Below are positions 48,952 to 60,859 of a DNA stretch of 64,000 bases, one piece after another. The notes beneath the pieces are model-generated. The model did no database searches. It was given only the letters and a program-made list of their open reading frames with translations, and was not told the DNA's origin. The DNA is from Antedon mediterranea (taxonomy: Eukaryota; Animalia; Echinodermata): the NCBI RefSeq assembly GCF_964355755.1, contig NC_092674.1:19530001-19594000 (forward strand), in the 5' to 3' direction. Within the stretch, counting starts at the first letter, position 1, and every line of letters begins with the position of its first letter. The position numbers were made by a program, and so were the translations under genes.

Positions 48952-51900
48952 TTACCAAACATAACCGTAAGGAACTGTACGATAATTTTCGATAATAATT
49001 CTTTTATCGTACACGATTCGATAGTCTTTAGTCGATGTTTCGTTGACTATCTTACGTGTTTTTGGCTTGCGCGTTATGCGATTCTTCTCAACTGTCTTAA
49101 TTGTATTAGGACCAATACCTCTTACCATATTGGAGACGGTGTCAAAGTTAATTTTCTGAGCGTTTGTAAAATTAAGGGTAAAACCTTTAACTTTACAAAC
49201 GGTCTTCCCTGTATCCAATTTATAGGCGTAGTTCTTAGCCCCCCCAGAAACAAAGGACTCGATGTACTTACCGTCTTTAGGGTCGACCTCGGTCGTTAAC
49301 TGACCCAAGTAGTCGCCCAGGGGAGGGTCCCACAACCCGGGTTTTGACACGTAGATTACACTGTCGGTATCGTAATACAGGACACGTTCCTGTAATTTCT
49401 CCAACAGTTCGTATAATTTTAAACGCGCTAGCGCAGTGGTAAATGCGGCAATGACAACGTTAACCTTTCGGTTAACTTCAACAAATTGTTCCTCGTCTTC
49501 GTATTTTATTTCAGCCAAATCATCATTAACAAAATTTAGATCATGAACGACTACCCGTGGGTTCGATAAAATATCGTAAACCTCGTTAGGATCTTGCGTA
49601 TATTTAATTCTCGTGAGATTTTCACGCTGACCAAATTTACCCCAAAAACTATTTAGCATTAATTTGGCCAGAGATCGAAGCCCAGGATTGTACGCAATGT
49701 CGTCATGATTCAAGTCGATACCTTCTACGGTTCGATAGTCCGAAATATATTTTTGTTTATCTTCGGGCGTTTTACACCATTCAGGCCAACCCGAAGCTTC
49801 TTGTTTCAATTTTAAAAATGTGTTAATGTAAGAGGCAAATAGACCGGACGAGGGAGAATCTGCAGAGTACGCGCTTTTATTTTTAAAGTGCCATACTACG
49901 TGAACTTTACGTATCTCGTACCCAACCTCCACGGCTTTAGCGACCTCGATCGTTGCCCAAGAACCTGTAAATTCTCTATCTGTACCAGAATGATTGCAAG
50001 CGGTTTGTTGTTGAGAATCGACGCATGTTCTACAGAGAGCAAACATTAATTTACCGTTTGATCTATAAGGTAAGACTGGATGGAATAAATTTTTAGGCGC
50101 TTCGATAGTACACTTTATCAAACCGAAATACTCGTTGATATCTGTGGACATGTCTTTGCGATCATCGATTTCAGGATGTCCTACGGGGTAGGTACCGTAT
50201 TTATTTACATAAGGGTACAATGAAGTATAATCGATGTAATTAATTTCTTCACCCGGTTTTACCTTATAGAACAAACAACTGGCATTAGTCCTCCCACCGA
50301 AAAACGCGTCTCTTGGATTCAAAGTTTGCCTAATGAAAGGAACTTTGGAGACGATAGATTTAATGTTAGGGGCCAGCGATTGTTTGATCCGTTTCCATTC
50401 GTGTTCCCAAATTTCGACGTACTCAAAATCTGGAAATTGCTCCTTCAGAAACCGTGTTTTCTTGCTTGTTTTGACAAAGCATTCCAACATGGCTTCGTTA
50501 GTGAAGGGGTTAATGGAATCGGATCTATAACATTCTTGGCACCCGTGGAACAAACAGCCCATAAATTCAAAAATAATTTTGTTTTCTAAACATGCGCCGT
50601 CGACAAAGTAAGGCCCAAACATTTTTTCCCCTCCATTTCTCGCATGATGGATAAAGACCCCCCTTTTATGCGACTCGTAGCACAGCCATTCCATGCTAGA
50701 GTGAGAATGGTTAACGGTTGTCATATACCCTGATGGTGGAAATAAAGCGATGGAGGATGGTTTTAAAAAATTTCTAGAAAAGACGTGATTACACGCCGAG
50801 GCAATTGTCATTAAATTATTTGAAAAGGGGTCAACGCCTCCGAGTAGAGGGTTTTTCGGCGATGTAGTTACTTTCAAAAAAAGATGCCTAAAAGTAAGAC
50901 AACACTTTCTGAGAATATCCACATCGCTGATGCAATACTCGACGAGTTCTTTTTGGAGATTGAAAATTTGATTAGTTTCAATTTTCTGATTATACCATTT
51001 AAAGAATGATTCTCGGCCTGAAGTAGTCATTTTATCGGGGGAATAGGTGGAAGAATCGGGATAAGGACCTACGTAATTTTTATTTTCTAAAGTATTGAAA
51101 TAATGAGGAAAGTAACCTTTTTTTAGCTCGGCGATGCCAAAAGTTTTGGGTAATTTGGATAGAGACATGGGTAGAAATGAAAGGGAATCAATGAATCGGA
51201 TACTCGTTTCTTTAACCTTAATTGAAATAGGTTTACCACCGCGAGCAATAATATCTGGGACAATACAGTTTTTGTATAGGTACTCGAGCACGAAGTAACT
51301 ATCGTAGCCCTGGAGGTTGTGAGCGATACACGTAATGTTATGATTATATTTGTATTCGTTAAAAACGTAATTGCAAAAATCTACGCATGCAGTCTCCCCG
51401 TGAAAAGTCATTGATTTCTCCCCACACACGTCGCACTCGTCAGAGTCATTAGCACCATCGATACAATTAAGACAAGTTTTTTGAAGAACGCATAAATTTG
51501 GTTTGTGTTCGCCAGTTTCTTGCGTGCATTCAAAATCAAAAAAGAAATATTTAGTGACAGCCCTTTTTTGGTCCTCCTGATTCTTAAACTTTTTTTCAGT
51601 ATGTTTAGGGGCTACAACCGGTTCCATGTAGCATTGATGATCGTATGAAACGAAAGTCCGACAAATTCTACAAAAACGGTTTTGACAATTGTGATCTTTT
51701 TGAATAATCCTATCACAAGTTGTACAATTTTTAATTTTGTCACATACTGAAACTTTTTTAGAATCAGGAGATTTTTTATGATTGGTGAAACATTGCTGGT
51801 GTTTAAAAAATCTATTGCACTCTTTACACTCTACAGTACTATTTACACGTGTGTTAATGGAAGGGTCACAATCGTTGTGCTTACAAAGCACACACGTATA

Positions 51901-53477
51901 TTGGCAATTGTGAGAATGTTTGTGCTTATAGCCCTTGAAACATTTGTCACAGTAATAATCTACTTTTAAAAAACCTGTTATTGTTGATATGAAGTCGTAA
52001 TGATTATCATGATGGTAAAGATAAATCTGCTTCTTACAATAATCGCCGCTAAAAATTACAGAATTTAAATTGTCTTTGGAAAGGACAATAATTTGATAAT
52101 TTGGTAATTTGGATTGCATCTTTTTTAATTCCTCGATGCCGCAAGCTTGCTCCCTAACCCCCGAATCTCTAAGTAAATGAAGGGCGGCTGTTTTTTGTTG
52201 GCCTCGACCTCTCCTAACATTATTCCACCTAGTCACGTTGTTAATTTTGTCTTCGATCATGGAAATACCCGTAACAATAGCGCGTGCGCAGCAGATAGTT
52301 TCGTTACCATCATTCTTAATCTTAATTACACTTCTAGAATTAAACAGTTTGTCGATACCGTTTCTTCTATGGCCCCCACCCCTAGGCATTCTCATATGGA
52401 GAACGTTAAACTTAAATTTTTTATTAATAAATATATCAGTTTTGGACTGAAGGACCTTCATGATGGCTGCAAAAATAACATCAGCTGTCAGATGGGCCCT
52501 CCGTCCAAAAGGAATAGAGATAGGTGTATCCAACCCCTCAGCCTGAATAACTATCCGAAGCATATCGTCGACATGCACGTTAATGCAAAGATTATCGACG
52601 ACATGCTCGAAAATTCTATAAAGAGTGGGCAGGAACACCTCTAAACTTAAATGGTCTACATTAAAAAAATTAACTACAAAATCGCTAATAGTAGCGTTAA
52701 AACGTTGATTAAACCTATCGACTAATTTATTTATTGTACAAAAATGACTTAAATCTACCTCGTCAAGGTTCAATTCATCGCTGTCATTATCGTCAACTTC
52801 TTCTTCTTCGGCTATCCTTGATCTTTTCCTGTTGGCTCCTTTCCCGTATTGTACCGGTACAGGCTGAAATAAAAAAGTATAACGGTAAAGAAATAGAAAT
52901 AAAGCGCTTTAATACAACAACAATAGTAAAGAAAATAAAATGATAGTTACCTCATCAATAACCGAAGACTCCTGAGAATCACTATCCTCGACACTTTCCC
53001 TCATTTTCAAACATTTGGTGTGTGCACCAATACCATACTAAAGAAAAAAATTTAAAAAAAAATTAGAAAGGAAACGCGTTGGTACTGTAAACACAGAAAC
53101 ACGTTCGTTTACACAAGCTACTCTACGAGTTATATACGGTAATTAAAAAAAAATGATTACGTTAAAAATATATTAAACAAAAAAACACTTACTTCTACGT
53201 GATCAATTATTAAACTTTCAGACAGATCTTGAACAATCTCTATGGCGTTATCACATATATCCGTAAGAGAAAGACTACCGGTTTCAGAAATACTTTGACT
53301 GACCGGTAAATCAAAGTCCTGGTCTCCAAACACAAAATCCTCTAGTAAACCCACATCTGGGATATTATCGTCAGATAAATTAGCGCGCGATAGATTAACT
53401 ATAGCGTCAACAGCTCTTTGACACTCGATAAATAAACTATCGTTAGAATCAGTTGAGGAAGAAGCGAATTGAGACAT
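48952..53477 (-). CDS. Protein-primed family B DNA polymerase precursor, spliced (exons 53477-53193, 53037-52951, 52863-48952; ~1427 aa)
   Basis: Exonuclease FFDFEC, AHNLQGYD, YCISDVDIL; polymerase GGRT, YIDYTSLYP, KLMLNSFWGKFGQ, YYDTDS, KNYAY, KVKGF. The long ORF starts at a TTG in the track; two upstream phase-0 GT-AG introns link it in frame to ATG 53477. Confidence 0.9.
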
Positions 53478-53519
53478 TGCAAAACTTTGAAGAAAAAAAT
53501 CGGTACCGAAACTTTGAAG

Positions 53520-53873
53520 AATTAGTAAATGAATGATGAACTAAACAAGTAACACACGGTTATTAAAACCTTCCCGCGACGATTACGATTGGTCAGACAT
53601 TCTTTAGTAATTAGGAAACCCCGCCCACAATAGTGACCAGTAGATTTAGTCTTCACCCGAAAACACTGAGGGAGGAAACGGATTAATTAATTAATACTAC
53701 ACAAAGGTGACCATTGTAGTGGATAAGTCGACAAAATAATAACAATAGTACTCCTCAAACAAAGAATTACCTTCACTAATTAAAATCAAATTACATTATT
53801 TTTTAACCTTCCAATGAGCTTTACACTATTATGATTGGTCAAACACTCTTTAATAATTAGGAAACTCAAAGGT
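53520..53873 (-). promoter_or_regulatory. Putative pPolB promoter / subterminal repeats
   Basis: Duplicated GATTGGTCA.ACA.TCTTTA.TAATTAGGAAAC (CCAAT on minus) at ~53587 and ~53833; GC box CCCCGCCC at ~53618; duplicated CCTCAAACAAAGAA..ACCTTCACTAAT. Confidence 0.45.
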
Positions 53874-54296
53874 GACCTATGCAATGGTCAAACCGCCTAA
53901 AAATAACAATAGCAATCCTCAAACAAAGAACTACCTTCACTAATATATTTAAAATACAAATTCATCACCAACTACAATTATAACCCAGGCCAAAACGAAA
54001 ACCCCGCCAAAATAACAAACCCCCTTCCCTAACAAAGAATGACCTTTCGCTAATTAATATTACAATAACAGGAAATTAAAAAATAGAAAATATAATATAT
54101 ACCCTGGGGATATGACATTCCTTTCCGGTCTGGTACAAAGAATAACCTTTCACTAATTATTAATACAATAGCAGGAAATTAAACAATAGAAAATATGAAA
54201 TATGCCCTGGGGATATGACATTCCTTTCGGGTCTGGAATACTCCTGCCCTGGGGGTATGACCTTCCATTTTGGACTGTATTCCCTCTACCTCTACT
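53874..54296 (-). repeat. Right terminal inverted repeat of the Polinton
   Basis: Reverse complement of 38890-39277 plus ~30 extra bp; ends ...TCCCTCTACCTCTACT followed by the TSD CACTTC. Confidence 0.93.
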
Positions 54297-54485
54297 CACT
54301 TCTTCTGCCACAGCGTGGTGTATTAACCAAGTTATAGTTATCTATGTGGATTAAATTGGAACCATCTTCTTTAAACCAGGTTTCTGATGAAGCTAGAATC
54401 GAAAAGGTAATGCCTTAAACTAGTGAGGAAAGTGCTAATCAGATCAACGTTTTTATTGAAACTTCGTGGATTTATATGTAAGATG
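54297..54485 (-). mobile_element. 5' remainder of the interrupted LINE (start of APE endonuclease)
   Basis: Minus strand reads ILHINPRSFNKN..FSILASSETWFKE..NYNLVNTPRCGRR, which joins across the TSD to SGGVVIDVR at 38889. Confidence 0.9.
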
Positions 54486-55760
54486 TTTTTTAGTAAGTCT
54501 CATGAGCTACTTACACTATCTATGCGTAATTGCAAACTACCATGCCATGCCATGAGATCCTTGCACTGGCTTCCGATGTCTCATAGATGTCAATTCAAAA
54601 TAGCGTGTCTTGTATGGCGTTCGCTTAAAGGTTCCGCTCAAAGTTACCTGAGAGATATTCTTACTGTGCGGAATGTTTCTCGCAGTACTCGTTCAAGCAC
54701 CAGCAATTATAACCTGACAATCCCACGAACTAAACGAAAGACATTTGCTGACCGTTCGTTCGCCGTAGCAGGACCCAAAATTTGGAACAGATTACCAAGT
54801 CACATTAAACACTTAGAAGACTATAATCAGTTTAAAAAACATTTAAAAGCACTATATTTCAAACAATGTTACAATACTATTCATATTCATATTCATTTAT
54901 TATCCAGAAAAAATAATACAAAAACAATACAAAAAGCATATATAACATAGAACAACAACAAGCAGAGAAAAAGCGCAGAACACTATCCTGGCGGATTGTC
55001 AAAAAGCAAAAAATATCGCTATAAAAGACTCTCCTGATAGTGCTGGTGGCAAAATAACATTAACAAGGATAAACATTTAACAACCCGGTAACATAGAATT
55101 TATATAAAACAGAATAAAAATTGCAATCATTTTACTACAGGTGCTTTCAATTGGGTATAATGATATCAGCGGCATGAATTGGACTTTGCTGGGTACTTTC
55201 TTGAATGAGTTTCCAAACCTGATTAGGCTTTACATGAACGATTGTAAACTATTAGGTGACGTGATGAATGACATGATGAAGGCGATTGCAAAAGATGAGT
55301 TAAAATTAAAAGTCTTTAATATTGCCAATAATGATATTAGTGGCATTGTTGGTACTTTACTTGGTACTTTCTTGAGCAAGTCTCCATATCTGTTTGAACT
55401 AAACCTGGATAATTGTAAGATATCAGGTGACATAATGAATGAAATGATCAGTGTGTATGCTGAAGATGAGTTACAATTACAGGAGCTTTATATTGGGAAT
55501 AATGATTTCTGTTTCATTGATAGTACTTTACTTGGTATTTTCTTGAGGAAGTCTCCCAAGTTGCTTAAACTTTACATGCGTAATTGCAGTTTATCGGATG
55601 ACGTAGTGAATGCTATTCATCACAATTGCAAGAGTTAAGTATTTATTGAAAATAATGAATGGATTGCTCAGGGTGTATGGTGGGAATAAATTAGAATTTC
55701 AAAAGTTGCTGATATTCGTGACATTGAATGGTAGCGCTTTACTTGGTACTTTTTTCAAAT
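54486..55760 (+). pseudogene. NLR pseudogene, 3' LRR remainder (further interrupted at ~54545-55135)
   Basis: SKSHELLTLSMRNCKL at 54486-54541, and the same ~57-aa LRR units in ORF 55141-55638. Confidence 0.88.
54545..54877 (+). mobile_element. 3' fragment of an L2-like LINE ORF2
   Basis: LHWLP..FKIA..P.T..TFADRSFAVAGPKIWN.LP..FKK.LK. Followed by an (ATTCAT)3 tail with AATAAA on the minus strand, probably another LINE 3' end. Confidence 0.85.
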
Positions 55761-56149
55761 ATCTAATCTATCTATATACAAAACAGTTTGTCGGACATAT
55801 ATATTCTTACAAAGTAGAATGTATATTAAAATGAGTAAGTGCGTAAATTATTAGTGTCAATAAAACAATTCTGAATTATTGCACCCTTTTTATAGAAAGA
55901 CTGTTAGTTTTCACTATTTAACCATTTAATTGTCACAAGAAGAGCATGTATACATACATACATACATGTGGGATCCTCCTCTTCTACGTCGTAGAACTGG
56001 AGTCGAAAACCTATTTAGCACCAAATTGCCTACTAAGGTGTTCGTTAAGAATTTCTTCGATTGTGTAATGGCTTTGGCTTGCCTGATTTCCATACTTAAA
56101 ATACGAGATCACAATAGTACCGTCTTGTTGGAACAGCAAACAGCATCTT

Positions 56150-56640
56150 TTTTGTAATTGATGTATTCGGTCCTCTACAGATATGACCAACGTATCGGAT
56201 ATACTGACTATATGCAGTCCCTAAAGGAAGATGTTCCAACAATTTCACATGGAATAAACAAATCTGTAGATATTTTCATCTGGTTTGTCAGCCTCTTTCT
56301 TTGCCCTGTCAAAACCCTCCCTTGACCACCTGTCTCAATATTTTATGCCAACACGATTCCAGCTTCTTTATTTCATTCTCATTTGGAAACCATGCTTGTG
56401 TACCATATAAGAGCCTGGATCTTACGCAGGCCTCTAAAACATTCTTTCTTGTTTCCATATAGACATCATGATCTTTTAAAACTTCTTTTAATTCATGGAA
56501 CTTTCCTACAGCACTTGATGTTCTATGGTCAGTGAAGCAGCCATCCTCTCTATTTGTGATTGTATGCCCCAAATAAACAAAGTCTCTTACATTTTCAATA
56601 TCCACTCTATTTATGTTCACTAAGGAACTTTTCTCTGCTA
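56150..56640 (-). mobile_element. RTE-like LINE RT C-terminal fragment
   Basis: IENVRDFVYLG..ACVRSRLLYG..W..E.KKLE. Confidence 0.75.
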
Positions 56641-56641
56641 A

Positions 56642-57530
56642 ATGTTGTTCTCCATGGGCCTAGGTATACTAGGCCTGGACTTGCGTGTGTCTGCGGGAAA
56701 GTCTTCAATCATAATTCGTAATGATCTTGTAACATCAAAGTCATCACACATCATGAGAGGTAAGCCGCTTTTGTACAATACTCACTATGCTACTACGGCC
56801 ACGTTTCAACCGTTGGTTACCAAATATGGCGATGTTGATCTCAACCCAGGCCCAGATACAGCAGAAGCAGATGGTTTGGCTAGGCATTCGCCACGACAAC
56901 TTTGTGTTTACTACCAAAATGTGAATAGCTTAAAAAATAAATTTGAAACTCTACATTCCGACATGACGGCACATTATGATAAATGGAACATACGATATAG
57001 TTGCCTTTACTGAAACCTGGCTCAAGAAATTTGTTCCTGACTCAGAACTAGAAATTGAAAACTTCAATCTATACAGACGAGACAGACCAGGAAATCGCAG
57101 AGGTGGTGGAGTTGCGGTCTACATATCGGATCAACTAAAAAGTCGCAAAATTGAAGACTTGGAAAATGATAGCAACGAACTCCTTTGGGAGGAGATCACA
57201 GTATCCAGAACCCAACGGATCATCGCTGCTATTTATTACAGACCTCCGAGCTCTGGTAAAGAAACCATTAATAACCTGATTACTGCACTTGACACTGCCG
57301 TTGAACATTATCCTGATCATAACCTTCTGGTTATTGGAGACTTCAATTTACCAGATATTACTTGGAATGACAACGGCACTTACTCAGTACCAGCTAACTC
57401 CTTTTCAGAACTTTTCATGGACTCCGTAATTCATGGTCACAATATTTCTCAGTGCAATAAATTTCCAACATGTAATAATAGAATTCTAGACCTTGTACTG
57501 TGCAATAATAATAATATTATTTCTATTTCT
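56642..57530 (+). mobile_element. CR1-like LINE ORF2 5' fragment (2A-like peptide and APE endonuclease), frameshifted
   Basis: GDVDLNPGP, YYQNVNSLKNK, FTETWL, RRDR..RGGGVA, YYRPP, GDFNLP, PT..RILDLVL. Confidence 0.88.
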
Positions 57531-57616
57531 GGCAGGGTGCTAATTTTAATTGACTACATAAATCATCGTGTCTATTTATTCGTTTCTGTAAACGACAATG
57601 TATTAAAGTCCTGCGG

Positions 57617-57805
57617 TATTTTCTAACTGCGATTCAGTGTCACATTGTGTCGCAACACATGCACATACAACGAGTCCTGTCACAAGTCTGCCGACGTTTA
57701 TTTTTCTATCGCTTATCATTTGTTCTAATACATAATACAGCGCTTCCGAAGAAGTATCTTTACACAAATCTAACACATTAAAACTGGTTTCCAACTCTTT
57801 ACAAG
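57617..57805 (-). pseudogene. Orphan fragment of a Polinton-type Bcl-2-like gene
   Basis: CKELETSF..LCKD..VLEQMISDRKINVGRLVTGLVVCACVATQCDTESQLE aligns without gaps to the 47629 protein, 32/61 identical by hand count. Confidence 0.8.
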
Positions 57806-57989
57806 CAGGAATATTACATGTTGAACGACGCTTTTTAAAAATCGGCAATAAATTGTATGTTTAAAAGTCACAAAATCGATTGTGTCTTACTTATTGCTAA
57901 ACTGAGCCCTGCATATTGTTTGTTTTGAACTTTCAAGCTACTTACATACCACCTGAAATAAGTCAAATCGTAAGTTAAGGTGTGTTTTT

Positions 57990-60095
57990 CAACAAACTTG
58001 TCTGACTAGGCCTCACAACGCTACGTTACCGTACGATACCGTATCCAAGGACGCTCCGGTATCCAAGCTGATTACGAAACACACACCTGGGCCTATCTTT
58101 TTGATCTTTATTTTGATCTGATCTTTGATTTGATCTTTAATTTGATCTCTGATTGATCTCTGACAAAAGTTTCACCTACACAATTGAGGCCGATAGCAAA
58201 AATAGACGACGGCATACTAAGGGTCTACATTTTATTTGCTAAATATGCCGGACGAAACAAACGACAAATCTAAGCCAAATGATCAACAAACAGGGACACT
58301 GGATGAGCAATCTAGTGGTACTAGTACAAATTGTAGCTTGGAAACCTGTAAAAAAACTAATGGAACACTAGTAAAATGCTCGAACTGTCAACATGTGTTG
58401 ACCTAAAGAGGCGACCAAATCCAAAATGGGCATGTCAAAATTGCAAAAAGGATATAAGTTTCATAGTAAAACAACTGAAAGAAAAAGTTGAGTCCTTACA
58501 GACAAATGTAAACAAAATTTCTACTGAAAACGATCATGTTAAAGAAACGGCAAGCAAGTCTAGAAGATGAAAACAAAAAACTAAAGCAACAAATGACAAG
58601 CTTAAACGTAAAGGTCAGCAAACTTGAGGGTGATCTTGAGCGATACGGCCGATTAAACACCTCCTCAGATAATATTATTAGACCAGAGATCACGAATCCA
58701 ATCCACAAAACCCTTATAATTGGGGACAGTATGCTCAGAGATATGGATAACTCATGGTTTAAGGACACTGATGTCATAGTGAAACGTGGTGCGGTTAACG
58801 AAGATATATACCATAAACTACAAGAATCCAAAAACTTAATTTCATATGCAAATATAATTATACAAGTAGGAACAAACATCGAAGCTTATATATCAGCAAC
58901 GCCCAAATCATATGGATGATATTCAAAGTGTAAATACAGCACTTAGCGATCTCAGTACACGGCTTGATACTGGCTTTATAAACATCTCATCAAAATGTGT
59001 GTACCAATGTGGCTCAGTTGATGAATCCCTATTCATTGATGGCTTACATTTCAACATAACAGGATCCATACGACTAGCTAAACTATTCTCTGAAAATATT
59101 GATGATCTCCAATTTCAGTATACAGAGAAATCATCATCCAGGCAACATGCTCAAGAATGTCAAACAAACAGAAATCAAAATACGCGCCCCTGGAAACGAA
59201 ATAGACATGGTTATTATAATCAACAAGCAAGAAATGACAGTTACCAACACTTTAGTTATGGCTCCAAAGAATCAAACTATATGTATGAACCATGCTGGAA
59301 ATGTGGACTAAACAACCATCAAGCTTGCGAATGCTAAATCATGTGGTCAATATGGTCATAAAGCAAGTAAAGATATTGTGGTAATGTACATAATTATGAT
59401 CATTATTATTACGAACGAAAAAATTGACCAAAGAGTCTAAGAAGTACATTAAAGTCACAGTCCAAAAAAGAGACTAACAATACTACTGAATGTTCCCAGG
59501 CCATAGATGATGTATTAATTAATGATAACCACTCATATGCAATAAATAATAAGAATAATACAATAACAGATATAAACCAAATAGTAAAAAAAGATCCTCA
59601 TATATTTGAGGAACTAAATCAAAAGGGTTTTATATTTGCACATTTAAATATACGTAGCCTAGACTTACATTTTGATGAATTGCAATGTATTCTAAATAAC
59701 AACAATTTCAATGTTTTTGGCTTAAGCGAAACATTTCTAGATAATACATTTGATGAAGATTTTCATGTTGACAATTATATATTACACAGACTAGATAGAC
59801 GTAAAACTAAAAAAGGTGGAGGTGTAGCACTCTATATAAACCTAAAAACCAACCACAAAATTAGGAATGATCTAATGTGTAATGAACTCGAACTCTCCTA
59901 TCTATTGAAATAGTACGTGATAAATGTAAAAATCTAATTGTTCTATTGTGGTATAGACCTCCAAATACTACAGCAGTTCTTTTTGAATATTTACAAAATA
60001 TATTTCAAAAGATTGAACTGGAACACAAAGAAATTATGATGATGGGAGATTTAAACTGTGACGTTATGTCTGACAATCCACATTGCTACCACAAA
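57990..60095 (+). mobile_element. Decayed CR1-like LINE 5' part: ORF1 (PHD remnant, coiled coil, SGNH-esterase, CCHC) and start of ORF2 endonuclease
   Basis: WACQNC; LIIGDSML, IQVGTN, DGLHFN..GS..LA; CWKCGLNNH..C; HLNIRSL, LSETFL, KKGGGVALY, YRPP, GDLNCD; frameshifts. 5' boundary approximate. Confidence 0.85.
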
Positions 60096-60859
60096 GCAGG
60101 GCCGTAGCCAGGATCTGTCAAGGGGGGGGGGGGGGGGGTTCGGACACTAAATATTTGGGTCAACCCCCCCCCCCCCCTTCCCCCAGCCTGATGCGAAGCG
60201 AATTTTGTTAAATGACACCCCTAGATGGCCGGAAAGGACACTCTCGTGCAGCATGCTATATTAGACAAGTTCTATTTCCTCTGAAATATGGTGTAAGAAG
60301 CATTTTTGGGTAGAAGCTGGGATCCACTTGATTTAGGATATTTCGACCTCGCTGATTAACCACTAGTCACAGATAATTAATTTTGGTGTCAAAATGTTTT
60401 AAATATATGTTTTTATATTCACTTTAATGACACATTTTCTCAAAAAATGGATGCAAGTCTTATTTTTGACATTTTTACCTTTGACCTTGATTTATCGTAT
60501 CTCAGTAACCAATAATCGGAGAGACACGAAATAGGGCTCAAATTGTTCAGAAACTATACATTCATATTTATTATAATGAAATGTTTTTACAAAAAATGGC
60601 CGATTCTACAACTATTGACCTTTGAACTATTAGTCAAATATAATAATAAAACTCTGAAAATTTTGGTCTTATGACATTTTTTTTCTTTTTAAATTGTTTT
60701 AAGTGTTTCTATTCAATCTAATGGCACATTTTGTACAAGAATGACCGATAGTATGGTTATTGACCTTTGAACTACAGCATAGGCCTACTGTATAATAAAT
60801 ATAATATAATTGCATAACTATGAAATTATTTATACACAATAATAATTAGTAAAATTATA

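Larger units (their letters stand above)
38890..54296. mobile_element. Full-length Maverick/Polinton (adintovirus-type endogenous virus), 15,407 bp
   Basis: Starts AGTAG and ends CTACT; 6-bp TSD CACTTC (38884-38889 and 54297-54302); long TIRs; full set of pPolB, RVE integrase, penton, DJR capsid, adenain protease and ATPase ORFs, all uninterrupted. Confidence 0.97.

Noticed and set aside
42016-52644. Short antisense ORFs within Polinton genes (e.g. 42016, 44182, 50326, 52177)
   Set aside because: Shadows of the sense-strand genes with no motifs.
54423-54950. 175-aa ORF as a real chimeric gene
   Set aside because: Chance in-frame run across antisense LINE, an LRR piece and an L2-like fragment; GTG start.
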